From the IMG/VR virus record IMGVR_UViG_3300028833_000003: a stretch of 64,000 nt of DNA, one strand, 5' to 3'. The position numbers were made by a program, and so were the translations under genes. Positions 1 through 13,300 of this stretch are shown piece by piece (positions within the stretch are counted from its first letter, which is position 1; every line of letters starts with the position of its first letter). Source of the DNA: a virus. Under the pieces are notes generated by a model. That model ran no database searches, was not told the DNA's origin, and saw only the letters and a list, made by a program, of their open reading frames with translations.

Positions 1-1299
1 TATTGTTGCCGCGCCATTAGCAGGAACAAAAGAACATAATTTAGTAAATAATTTACTGTAATGACCAGTTAAAACATCATAAAATTTTCTATTAGCCCAA
101 AATTTATATGATACTTCTGGTCCGCCGCAAATAGGTGTTATACGATATTCATTATAAATCTATTCTAAAGTACGTGTTTTTGCATATTTGGCTTTAAATT
201 GTAGCCAAGCCTAAATGATATTATCACGTACTTCATCACTTACTCCTTCTGTTGTGACCATAGCAAGCATATCTGGATAAGCTAAGTCTCTCGTTAATTT
301 TTTCCAATCAAACACTTTAGTATTTAATGATTCCCATTTAGAAGTTAAATTTGTAATAAAATTATTAATGCTAGCATACTAATGTGCAGCATTTTTAATT
401 GTATGTAATGTGCCATTTTCTAAATAGTTATAATCAGCATTATCATCTATATTCGTTGTATCAGAAAATTTTGCATATTCTTGTTGATAGTATGCGGATA
501 ATCTAGCATTATCTTCCTATAACCAAGCAATACATTGCTCGCGAGTGTTTTCTGTATAAGCCGGATCGGCTTCAATTGCACGTCCAACTTGCGCGACCAA
601 TATTTGTAATTCTGATAACGTATAATATGGTGCATGATTCTAACTCAAATTATTAACAGCATTAGTTAAAGCAGCATATTCGTGGTGTATGCAATCATAA
701 ATCGTATTCACATTATCAAAAGCGATAAAATTATTCATACGCTATTGAATAATAGCAATTTTTTCTTCACGCATAGTTTCGATTATACGAGTACATTCAT
801 ATGGAGTTATACCCCATACATATTCTTTATCTTGATTCTACTCATAACGATGCTATTTTTTTAATTCAATATCTTCTTCTGCGTTGCCTAAAGCCGCTAA
901 ATCAGCAATATAAACAGGAACACAACCAGTTAATAAGCTATATAAATCTTCAACCTCAAGCGCAGCAACCTAAACGAAATCATCAAAAGGCCATTTAAAA
1001 TTATACGCCGCACTGCTACCTGTCATTAAACGACTTACAATGCGTTTCTAATTGTCCCAATTATTCTATGGAACTAAAACTTGTACCTATTCGCCCGCGA
1101 AAAATGACTATTCTGAGTATGCTTCAAAACGAGTATTTTCATATTCACAAGTGTAAATATTTTTATCCTCTTCCGAACGCGAAATGATAGTACAAGGCGA
1201 ATAAGTTTTATCAAATTTTAAATCACTTAATGCTTTTTTAGTCAATAAATCAACTGCACTTAAAACGCCATTTGCAACACTATCATTAAAATTAGCCAT
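1..1299 (-). CDS. tail structural protein encoded directly downstream of the tape measure gene (possibly distal tail protein); C-terminus runs off the left edge; uses TAG as sense codon
   Basis: ATG 1299 behind AAGGAG; frame open to position 1 (433 codons) with 13 in-frame TAG and no TAA/TGA in AT-rich DNA; position after tape measure. Confidence 0.7.
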
Positions 1300-1341
1300 A
1301 TCTTCACACTCCTTTTACTCTATAACTCTATAACATAATGT

Positions 1342-1375
1342 AAAAAGGGCCGGATTCTTTAATAGAATCCGGCCC
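1342..1375 (-). terminator. intrinsic terminator after the tape measure gene
   Basis: 11-bp stem GGGCCGGATTC/GAATCCGGCCC (1347-1375) followed on the minus strand by a U-run (AAAAA 1342-1346 on plus), 8 nt after TAA 1383-1385. Confidence 0.7.
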
Positions 1376-1382
1376 TATATTT

Positions 1383-4300
1383 TTATCTATAATTATTAAT
1401 ATATTGTGACGCACGATTATTAAGTTCATCAAACGCCGCAATAATTTCGTTTCTATCAGTTGCATTCGGGAACTCAGCGGAAATATGAACATTCTATTCT
1501 AGCCCGCCTAGACCAGAGAAAATGCTAGCACCATTGGCTGAAACTCCACTACTTGACATAGCGGCAGCCAAACCACCAATAAATCCTAACAAATTTTGAA
1601 CAGCAGATGTATCAATAGAATGTAACAGATCAATCGTATTTAGCAAATTAGGCGTGTCTGCCGCATTAAGCATAAGCTCTGGTTTATTTGGTGTGCCATC
1701 AACCCAAGCAGGTCCAGTATAATCAACCAAACCGCCAGAAGCATACCCACTTAATTTTGAATTATATCTCATTGCAGCAGCCTTTGCCGCTTCAATTTTT
1801 GATTGCCAATCACTTGAAACCTTTTTACTTTTAGTAGATGATACTGTTGTACCGTTAGAACTAGCAACCGTACCATCAGTATAACCAACCATATTATTTT
1901 GTACTGGTACTAAACGATATTGAATAAAACCAGTAGCATTAGGTGTTGCAATGTCTCCTTCGGTACCACCAATCTGCCATAATAATTCTAAATTTTTTGT
2001 ATTTGCTGCTTCAATAGTAGCAAAAATATCTGAAATAACTTGTTTTTGTCTATACCAAGCATCAGTCACTGCATCAACTTTAGCCGCTTCATCGCCCAAT
2101 TCCTCATTTAAAAGACTGACTTGCGATGCAGCTAATGATGTAGTAGAACCAATGATTTCATCAAAATTGGTCATGTCTGCTAACCCAGTACGATAAAGAG
2201 ATGTATCTAAAGCATCACTGAATTCTTTTAATTTAGGTAATAACCAATCAATCTATTCTGCTAAACTCATTGCCATACTATCTTGTAATTCAATAGCAGC
2301 TTGAATAGTAGGATTGATACCTTCTGTTGGGTCTTTAAAAGCACTATAATAAGCATCGCTATATGCATCCATACAAGCTTCATTATTAGTGGTTAAATTA
2401 GCATATGCTTCTTTCATTTGATCGACAAAATATTTATCGTCTTGTTGAGCCATTTCATGTAATTCACGTAATTTTGCTGCTTTTTCTTCTTCATTCAATA
2501 AATCATCAAGAGCAATAGCTTTCGCCTATTCCACATACCATTTGCGCTTTTCTAACATTTGTTCTTCTAATTCCCGCACTCTGTCTAATGATAATTCATT
2601 AATTTCAATTAATACATCATTATATTCCTGCGTTGCTTCATCAACTTTTTCTTGGTCTGCAGTATATTGATACATATAATTACCATTTTCATCTCTTGTT
2701 AATCGTACAGTATCTTTTGCGTTCTATGCATCACGTAACGCTGTCTGTTTTTCTAATAGTTCATACTATTTTTGCATCATATCAACATCATATTGAGTTA
2801 ATTGACCACTTTTAGCTTTTTGATTAATAACATTCTATAGCTCTTCATATTGATTCTTTAAAGCCTTATCCATAGTATCTGCCATCGCTTGTTCAATTTG
2901 TCTATTTAATTTATTAATATTATATAACTAATGAGCTGTATTTAAATATCTATCTTGTACTTCAATGTCACGATCATATTTACCTTGTAAGTAATCTAAT
3001 GTCGTTTCTCCCATCGCCAATGCTCTATCTAATTCAGTGCCCATTTCTTCAACATCGGCTTCCCAACGTTGTCTAGCTAAATCCGCCATACTTGTTAAAT
3101 TTTCATAATAAGTATTTTGTGTATCTTTTAAGCGAGCTAATAAACTATAATAATCTGCCTATTGCTGTGCGTCTAAATTTTCTAGACCATCAGCTTCAAT
3201 AATTTTTTGATCAAATAATTCTTTTTGAGCTAAAACAGTTTCATATACATCTTTATAAATATTTGCCAATGCCTAAGTTTGATTATATTGTTCTGTCAAA
3301 TTTGCTCTTGTTGTTGTAAATGTTTTATGAACTCCTATTAAATCACTAATATCTTTAATAGTCTATAAAGCAGTAATATTCTTATCTAATAAATCAGTAT
3401 TTCTTGATAATTCGTCATCGTATTTAGACCACATATCTTCAAATAATTCCTATATTTCTTGACCTTTATCAAAGATGTCTGACATATCATCATTTAAAGC
3501 TTCCATAATATCCTATGAATGTTCTGCCATAGTTGCACCATCAATTTCGCCTGCTTTAAATGCTTGCTATAATTCATTTAATTTAGTCATTTCTTCATTA
3601 AGTTTAATAAAACTCGCACCATCTAAATTTACTCCATCACTACCAAATAGTGCCTCTGCTATTAAACTTGCTCTTGTGCTAAGATTAGTTAATATATCTT
3701 CGGTACGATCAAGTTGCCCTTCTAATGCATTTAATTCTAAATCTGCTAATTCAATTTTCCATTCGTGCGCAGTTTCTACGGTTTCAGCAGTTTTTTCAGA
3801 AATTTCATGTTGCTATTCAAGAATTTTTTCTTGATATTCTTCTATTTGAGCTAATGAATCTTCATAATCTTCAATGACTTTCAACATACGTTGATAGGCA
3901 TCATCAGGTCCTTCCATCCCGCTTTCTGCTTCATCATCTTTATGTTCATTATACCAATCTATTAATTTTTCCTAAAGAGCTTCCCAATTTTTAATAGTTC
4001 CATCTTCATCAAAATCAAGAGTAATACCAAGCTATGCTGCTAAGCCTTCAACATTTGATCTATCTTTGCTAGCATATGCCGCAGCTTCATTTAATCGTTC
4101 TTGATAATTGTCCATTTGTTTATTTAATTTTTCAATTTCTTCACGCATCAATTTAACTTTAGTTACACCAAATGCCATTTCTTCTTTTTTAGCGACCTAG
4201 CCTAATTTGGAATCATATCGTTTAATTGTTTCATCAACTTCATGGTAGCGTTTAAGATCGGCTTTGGATTTACCTTTCTTCTTCTTTTTGCCTCCACCGC

Positions 4301-7300
4301 CGCCGCCTCCGCCGCCACCACCAGGTGCAGAAGGTGCTCCGGCGCCAGGTCTTGCTCCAGTAGTACCAAAATCTGGTACGGCAAGACTAGTTGTACCTGA
4401 ACCTTGTAATTGACCTTCAGCAGTAGCAGTCATAGAGCCGCCACCTGGCATAGTAACTGTCATTGTTGAAGATGCAGGTACATCAATTTCGTTTTCTCCT
4501 GTAACTGTCTTTAAACTAGGAGGAGGAGGAGCTTGTACAGTATATGTGATTGTGCCATCTTGATTTAATACTGCGGTTATAGCATCTGCATTTTGAATTA
4601 AGTATTCTACAGGTATCTATACAGCCTAGCCTGTTTGTTCGCTTAAAGTTGCACTTAACTAATCTGCTAAACCTTGCATATCAGTTCCCATCATTGCCGC
4701 AGCGCCTTGGGCATTTGTTGCTACATACTAAAAACCATCACCAACTTGCTAAACTGCAAGTCCCATATCATTTAATACTTCATTTGCTTCATCTAAGTTA
4801 TCAAACTAACTAACAAATTCTTCAGCAGTTTGTTGAGTTTTTTCTCCCCACTTTGAAGCTAGACCCATTGTATCCATTAACTATCGCATTTGTTTATTGG
4901 TTAAGTTTAAATCTTTTTGCAATTGTCGTAATGCTTTGCTATCTTCTTTTCCAAGTTTTTCACCAAATTTTAACCCGTTACCAATTTTGTTAAATTCTGC
5001 TAACTGTTCTGTACAATCTTCTATAGATTGACCTGTTTCTTGGAACATCTCATCTAATTGTTTAGTTAAAATTTTTGCTTCTAACTATTCCATTGCTTCA
5101 ACAGAACCATTAGCCCATTGTGAAATTAAATCTTTATTGTCTTTGATAAAATCCATGCCAACTTCTGCATCTTTAAAGAAATTATTAACTATATCTACTA
5201 AATCTTGATAAGCTGCCATTTGTTCTTTAATAGATTTTGTTTGATCATCAATAGTAGCTAAAGACCCATTTTCTTCTCTAGCTTTTTGTAATGCATCTAA
5301 TGCTTCTGTCGCTTTATTATATTCAACAGCTGCTTCAGACATTAATAACTTGTCATCAGCTTCTAAATCTTGCCATTCAAGCATTACTCCTTCATAAGCT
5401 GCAATACTTTCAACATAATTTTCCATTTCTTGTGCTTCAATACCAAGCTATTGCGCATAATTAGATAATAAATCTGTTAATGCTTGTACATCACCATGTA
5501 ATGCCGCAGTCACTTTGTCTCCTGCAAATGCTTCATTAGCTAAATCTGTACCCAATTCTACTTCATCAGTATTAAATAAAATTGGATGTTCTAATAGATA
5601 TTGATCTACAGCTTCTTGTTGTGCTTGCTGAATTGCAGCAGCTCTTTTATTCATATATGCAAGTTCACTTTTTGTAACTGCATTACCATTATCATCTAAA
5701 AGTAATAAATCAGGTTTATTCGGGTTACTTATTGGTTTAGGATTAGTTTTATCAAATTCTGCACCTGCTTGTCTTGCTGCATCTGCTTGTATTCTTGCGA
5801 TTTGGTCCATCTAGGCCTAATTTACTGCAGTATAACCCTTTTCCTAAAATTGCTTTAATTCCTCTGCGCTATTAGCGTAATCCTAGTTTTTAACAGTAAC
5901 TTTTCCAGTCTTTTGATCAATTTCAAAACTACTTGCAGTACCATCTTGTAACATTTTCATTGCTGCCATAATCTGTGCCGCTGCAGCAGCCATAGCGGCG
6001 GCTAACTGCATGGTTGCACTTTCCAATTGCACTAAACCGATAGAAGCAACTGTGGCATCTTCACCAACAATTCCCATGTCCTATAAAGTTTTTAGTACCG
6101 CTGCCTAATCTGCTTCTGACATACCTGCGAGAGTGCCTTTTTCAATCATTTGCTATTGAGCAGTCTATAATAATGTCATTTTTTGCTATTGACTATCTAT
6201 ATATTGCTCACCTTCTTGTCGAGCTTTGTCAGCCATATTAGTTCGTTTGGTTTCTACTTCTGTAAATGCTGCCGCTAAGATTTCAGCCAATTCAGAATCA
6301 GAATGTACATACATTGAGTCTTTTATCAAAGATAATACCGCCTCGAAATCCTCTTGTTTAAGTGTATAACCTTGCGCAGCTTCACTAACATGATAATTAC
6401 CAGTCTAATCTGCAAAAACAAGACCATGACGTTCTAATCCTGCCAAAATTGCTATACTATTTGCGTCTCCGGCTTTAGCTTTATCATTATATTCCCCAAT
6501 TAATTTAGGATTTAATGATTTTCCAATAACATCACGCAATTCACCGGCTAAATATTTATCTACATATTTTCTAACATTTTCATTATATTGATCTTTTGTA
6601 GTATCTAAATATTCACCATTTTCACTATTTAAAAATCTTTGTCGCCCTGATTTATTATAAGTATCAAAATCAAATGGTCTATAATCAACTCTTGCATCAG
6701 GATTGTTTATATGTTCTTTAATTTCTTGTAATGTTTTACCTGCTTCTAATAATGTTTGCACATATGCTGCTAATTCATCAGGACTACCGAACATTGATTC
6801 TAAGATACTTTTTCCTTCTGCTAATCCTGCTCTCATATCAGCAATTGCTTGGAATGTTTGCTCCCATAATTCTAGTACTGCTTGTGCAGTAGCTTGTTCC
6901 TAAGCATATATCGCCTGTAAACCACTTGCCCATACATCTTTAATAGTATTCCATGCTTCTTCAACGGCAAATTCAATTTCCGTTCCGCTATGATTTAAAG
7001 CTTGTTGTACGGCAGCTATAAATTCTTCGTTATGATTATTAATTGCATCTGCTAAATCTGTTGCTCCAACTGTAGCAATTGCAGAATTAACTGCAGCGTC
7101 TATATAAGATTTTTGAGCATCAGACAATTTATCACTTTGAGCATATTCTTTATTACGATAATAATCTTTTTCACGTTCAGCAATTGCTTTTTGCATTTCT
7201 TCATTGAAGTTCTCATTCATTTTTACCAAAGCATCAGCCCGAGCTTGTGCAATATCTTTTGGACGTTTAGAATCTTTTTCTGCCTACGCTTTTAATGCTT

Positions 7301-10300
7301 TTAAAGCTGATTGATATTCATGTTCAAATTCTGCTGTCCATTCTCTTCCAGGCATTTCTTGTGAAACCAATTGTTTTGCTTTTTGTTGCAATTTTTGTTC
7401 TTCATCTTTCCATTTAGCTTCTGCATCATCTTGAACTTTTTGTTCATAAGCCTTCCAAATTTCCTAATCAGTTAATTTATCTTTATTATCTGGATTGGCA
7501 ATATAATTATCTCTAAAAGCTGCGTAATCATATAATGTACTATACTTTTGATGATCCGCATCAGTACCACCTAACAAGCTATCTAAAACATCTGTAATAG
7601 ATGTATCTTCAGAAATTTTTCCAATAGCATTTTGAATTTCATCTAAAATACTTCGTGCAATTTTATCTCCTAAACCATCAACATTTGGCTCCCAACCAGC
7701 AATAGACTATGACAAACCAACTTGTAGACCTTGGATTAAGAATGGAGCCAAAGCCATAGTTAGTTTTGATGGTGATGCAATACCAAGAGCATGAGCAAAT
7801 GCTGCAATAATTTCATTACCAATTGGCGCAAAATACGCTGCCCAATCTACATCTGTATTTTGTAATCCAACAATTAAGCCATCCATTAAATGCATAGCTA
7901 ATGACGCCGTTGCGGAATCAGAAGATTGAGATGCTTCATCTAATGCTCTAAAATAATTATTTAAAACATCAGGTGCCAAATCTTTAAAATCATCTGGAGA
8001 CATGGCTAAAATTTTATTATACATAAGTTGAGCCTTATATTTTTGTTCATTTGACCAAGTATTATGGCTACCTTCAGCATTAAATTCGAACATAGCACTT
8101 TGTATATCTTGTATACTCTATAAATTATTATGTCGCTATCTAAAGTTTGTCACATGCTATTTTTCATTATTAGCAATAAATGGTATATCAATTCCACCTA
8201 AATAAGAATACATTTTATCAAGATCTTCTGCGCCCTTTTGCTATAAATTGCTTTTATCCATCAAAGCTTTAACTTTAACAAAATATTCTTGTCCTTGTAA
8301 CTGTTGTTGAATAGTGTTATTTCCAAGACTCGCATCAGCTTTAACATGATATTCATTTGGTTTATCTTCTGCTCCATCAATTGCTCCCTATAATTCTGCA
8401 GCTAAAGTTACTTCTGTACCATTTGCTAATCTTACTTTAATTTCTTTGCCTTTTCCATCTGCTCCTTGTAATATTTGAGAAATTTGCGATTCAATAATAC
8501 CAACATCTGTTTGAATTTTTAGTTTTCGTGGTTGACCATTTTCATCTGTTTCCATTTCCCATGCGCTTATTTTAGATGCTAAATTAAATTCTTCGCCTTT
8601 ATCATCAACGCAATTAATTTTAATATTATGACCAGTTGCATCAGTTTCATAACTTTTAATCGTTGCCGCAAAATCTTCGTCATCTTTTCGAATTAAAATA
8701 GTTTTAGTGCCTGGAAGCATTAAAGCTGCGACCGTTACCGTAAAACCTAATGTATTACCTGCATTAATTGCAATTTTCTTTTCCTCTGGAACACTATCTA
8801 ATAAAGTAGTATAAGTTACTTCAAAAGTGCCATTTTCGCCATCAAACATAATAGTTTTATGGTCTGTAGTAATTGCTGTATTATATTTTGCAGTATAAGT
8901 ACCAAATTCACCTTGGAAAGTAATAGTTTTATCTTCTCCTGCAATTGCTGTATCATATGTTGCAGTATAGGTACCAAATTCACCTTGGAAAGTAATAGTT
9001 TTATTTTCTGTAGCGGTTGCTTCTTTAACTGCAAAAGTATAAGTGCCACCATCACCTAAAAACGTAATCGTTTTATTCTCATTCATTATAGCTTCTTTTA
9101 CTGTATCTGTATAAGTTCCAAATTCGCCCTAAAATATAATTGTTTTATTGTCATCTAAAGTTGCAGATGTATAAGCCGCCTAATAAGTTCCATCTTTAGC
9201 ATAAAAAACAATATTCTTTTCTCCATCAATCTGTACAGCTTCTAATGAAGAAGTATATTCACTACCTGTTTCACCAACAAATGTAATTATTTTTGAACCA
9301 GGATGACTTTCAATAGCAGCAATTGTATCACTGTATTCTTTATCATCAACAGAAAAAGTTACTTGTCCATCAGGATGTAAATTAAAATTCTCAACTGCCT
9401 AAACTACTTCTTTACCATCAACGGTATAATAAACTTGACCATCTTGATAAAGCCAAGTCTAAATTTCATCTTCATTTTCCATCTCGGCTTCAACTTCAAT
9501 TACACTATGGTCAACTGGAGTTGTATCTAATTCTGTTACTAATCCAACATATTCTTGTTGCCGTTTTTCTAAAGTACTTAATTGCATTAATGCTGCTTCT
9601 GTTGCGGCTACCATGCCAGCCTTAATTTGCTCTTTATCTCCATCAGCATTTTGAATATCTTCAATAATTTCTTTAACTCTTTCAGCTGCAACACCAGCTC
9701 TAATTAAAGATTGTTCTAATTCACCAATTGAAGAAAAAGATAAATTATCTAATGAAGTTAAATTTGATTGAATGAACTAAATCGCACTTTTAGCCGCGTT
9801 AATTTTTTCATCGTCCTAACTAGTTTGACTATCAACTCGAGACTATATTTGTTCCATACGCTAGTCATTTAATGCACGCTCTTGAGCTTCGATTTTTCTC
9901 TACTAAATTTGAACCTGAGTATCATCATATCCTTTTTCATCGCGCATGTTCTATAATTCTTCTAGCTTTTGTTTCATTTGTTCCAATCTATATGTTTCTC
10001 GTTCTAGATCAGACATTCCTAGCCATTCCTCAAATGAGGGAGTATCAGCCTTATTTAAGCCCAATAATAATTGATTCATTGCTAATTCAGTATCTTTCCA
10101 TTTTGTCGGGTCTAATTCTGCACCAGATAACCATTCTAACTATTGCGATTTACCAGACGCAGTTTCAATAAATTTAGTTGCAGTTTGTAACGCCGTAGTA
10201 ATATTAGTATATTCTGCTTCTTCATCACTTAAACTTGTTAATAATCCTCTAAAATCACTATTGTTATTTACTGTACCTTTATAAGATATACCCCAATCAT

Positions 10301-13300
10301 TCATATATGTACGTAAAATATCACTTGCAGAACCTGCAGTAGCATATTTGTCACCAAACATAGCAAGCATAGTATTACGTGTATCTTCGTTGTTTAATAA
10401 TTTTCCATTTTCATCTATGTTTTCTGATAAAAAACGCTAAAAAGTACGCTAATGCTCCCATTGCTATTTAGCCTAATCAACATCTTCTACACCCATTCGT
10501 TCTTGCATAAAAGCATTCTATGAATCTGTAATAATAGTATTTAAATCTACCATTCCATCTTCATATTGTTGCCACCAATTATCATAACCTGTGCTTATTT
10601 GCTCCATTAAAGTCGCCATTTGTGCGGCTTTTTCAGAAGAAGACATTTTATTCCATTCTTGAGTATTAAAAATTTCTCCTAATCCTAATAAATCACTTAC
10701 TATTGGTAGCTATGCCGCAAAACTATCTATATCAAATTCACCAGAATATCTATTACCCCATTGAGCCAATAAGCCTGTTGCAGTTTGTGCTTTTGCTTGT
10801 TGCTATAATAATTGAGGAACTCGTTTGTCCATTAAATCACCATTATTATCTAAAAATGGTGCTATATTAGCCATATAAGACCAATCTTTATCAGTAAAAC
10901 CCCACTGCTCTAATTTTTTCTACGCTTCTTCTTTTGTCATTTTTTTATTACGAGTTGTCATTGCAGTTACAGCAGATTCTTTATTAGCAACCGTTGCATC
11001 TGCCGCAGCTATATCACTTTCTGATACACCGACTAATCCTCTGGCATAAGTAGTTACTAATTGACTAGCTTGTTTTTTAGCTGCTCGAGTAATAGCATCA
11101 TTTTTATTACTATCTATGCCCCAGTCTGCTAATAAACCTTCAACTAAACTCTCCTATACATCAGAACTCCATCCTTCAACATTTTGTTGTTTTAGCCAAT
11201 CCTAGCCTTTTAATTCTCTCATACTCTTAATAGCATTAAGATATGGAGAAATCATTTCAGTGATCATGTAATCAATATCTTCAAATGATTGATCATGTAC
11301 TAAAGCTTCTAACTATGATTTCATTCCAGGGTCTTCAATAGTTTTTGCTGCTTCTTTAATTGCTTGTAGCTAATTATAATAATGTAACAATGAATCTAAA
11401 TCAGATTCAATAACTAAGTCATCGGCAGTTCGTGCCATCCCTGTTCCACCCGCGCGCGCACTACCGCCTAAGAATGATTGAATCAAATTATTTTCTTGAT
11501 CGCCTGTTGCATTACCACTAAGCCAATAATCATATTTTCGACTACCAGCATAATCAATATTAATACCATATTGATTAGCTAACATATCTCTTATATTTGC
11601 ATTCTATAAACTTTTTAATAAACCAGATTGTTTCATATTAGTATTAAATGAACTTAATATGTCATTATAAACAACTCCGGTTTTATTCCCTTCATTATTA
11701 TCTCTATATTTGTCTCCCATATTTTCTTTTGCTATTTTAGTAACCTAATTTTCTAAACCATGTTCTGCGCGTCTAACATCAGATTCTGCAGTTTCAATTT
11801 GTTGTTCACGTGCAGCCTCAATAGATTCTTGAATAGCTGCAGTTAATCCTTGATAATTACCAGTAAGTGCCATAACTGCAGCACCCTAAATGCCTAAACT
11901 AGATGCGATATCAGCTAAAGCACTACTATATTCTTGAACAGATAATGCACCTTCTGCAAACTATTTGTTTAATGAGTCAAAAGCATTACTATTAGTCATT
12001 AATTCTTGATTTGATTGTTGATGTTCTTCTAAAATTTTATTTGTAGTTTCTGCCATTTTAACCATTTCTTGTTCACGTTTTTCTTGCTAATCTTTCATAT
12101 ACGTAAATACACCAGCAATTGCCATACCAGCCGCTTGAATGCCTGCCATCAATGGTCCTTGTGTTGCAAATGTATTAAGTAATGAACCACCTGCACTAAC
12201 AATAGAAGTTACACCTGCTAATGTATCACCACTTTCAAATGACTTCATAATACCTTGCATAGAAGTAAAACCTTGAACTGCAGCCATGGCTCCTTCTGCA
12301 ACTGTTGCCAAACCCTTAGACAATTTTTGAGCTGCAGCTTCACGAGCATTCAATGCTTGCTCTTCTTCATCTTCCATATCAAAGCCTGCAGTAATCTCTT
12401 CTTGGCCTACCTAACGACCATATTCCTAAGCTCTATGAGCAGAATCTTCACCAACAATGCTACGCATTTCCTGATAAGCTTCATCTAAGTCATCATCAAT
12501 TTGATCACGTAAATGCTCTGCAATAACTCTTCCACGATCAGCTTTAGTAGCTTGATTTTGTTCATTAAAACCAGCACTTTCAAGCCAATCATTCATTTCA
12601 TTTTCGTCTTGCGGTAAAAAATCACGTACTGCTTGAGCCATTGGATTATTCTCATCCATCATAACAGACTCAAAACGCTCTGCAGCCGCTGTACTATCTG
12701 TGTCCTCATTAAAAATTTGATCTATCTATTGATTTACTGCACCACGTAAAGCATTTCCTCTAGCTTCTTCTTGTACTCTATTACCTAATCCACGTATCGC
12801 TGTATTTTGTACATTCTTATCATCTGATTTAAAATCTGCTACCATGTCATCAAGATCACTACCACTATAACCCTGATCAGCATAATAATTTAAAGCATTA
12901 ATATAAGCATCATCACGTAATTTATCAGCAGTACCTGTACCTTCTAATTCAACTAAAGAACCAATTGATAATTCTCTACGAGCTTCATCTGTAATATTGG
13001 CTAAATTAGTTTCATGACCTGCCATGGTTTGCTAACGCTAATTTAAATAATCAATATGCTATTGTAAACGCGCAGCTTCTTGTCCACTCATATGCCCTTG
13101 TCGTAATAATAATTCTTGTTTAGCTATCGCACTTTCACTTCTTGCGTCTGCACTTAATAAACGCATTGTATTTGCAGTATTTGCACTTGTATCTGGTGTT
13201 AATTCACTTTCTCGTCTATCTAAAGCGCTATTATATTCCATATCTGCCGATCTACGTAAAGTTGTTAGATTATCAAATAAATTTCGCTATTGAGTGCCTT

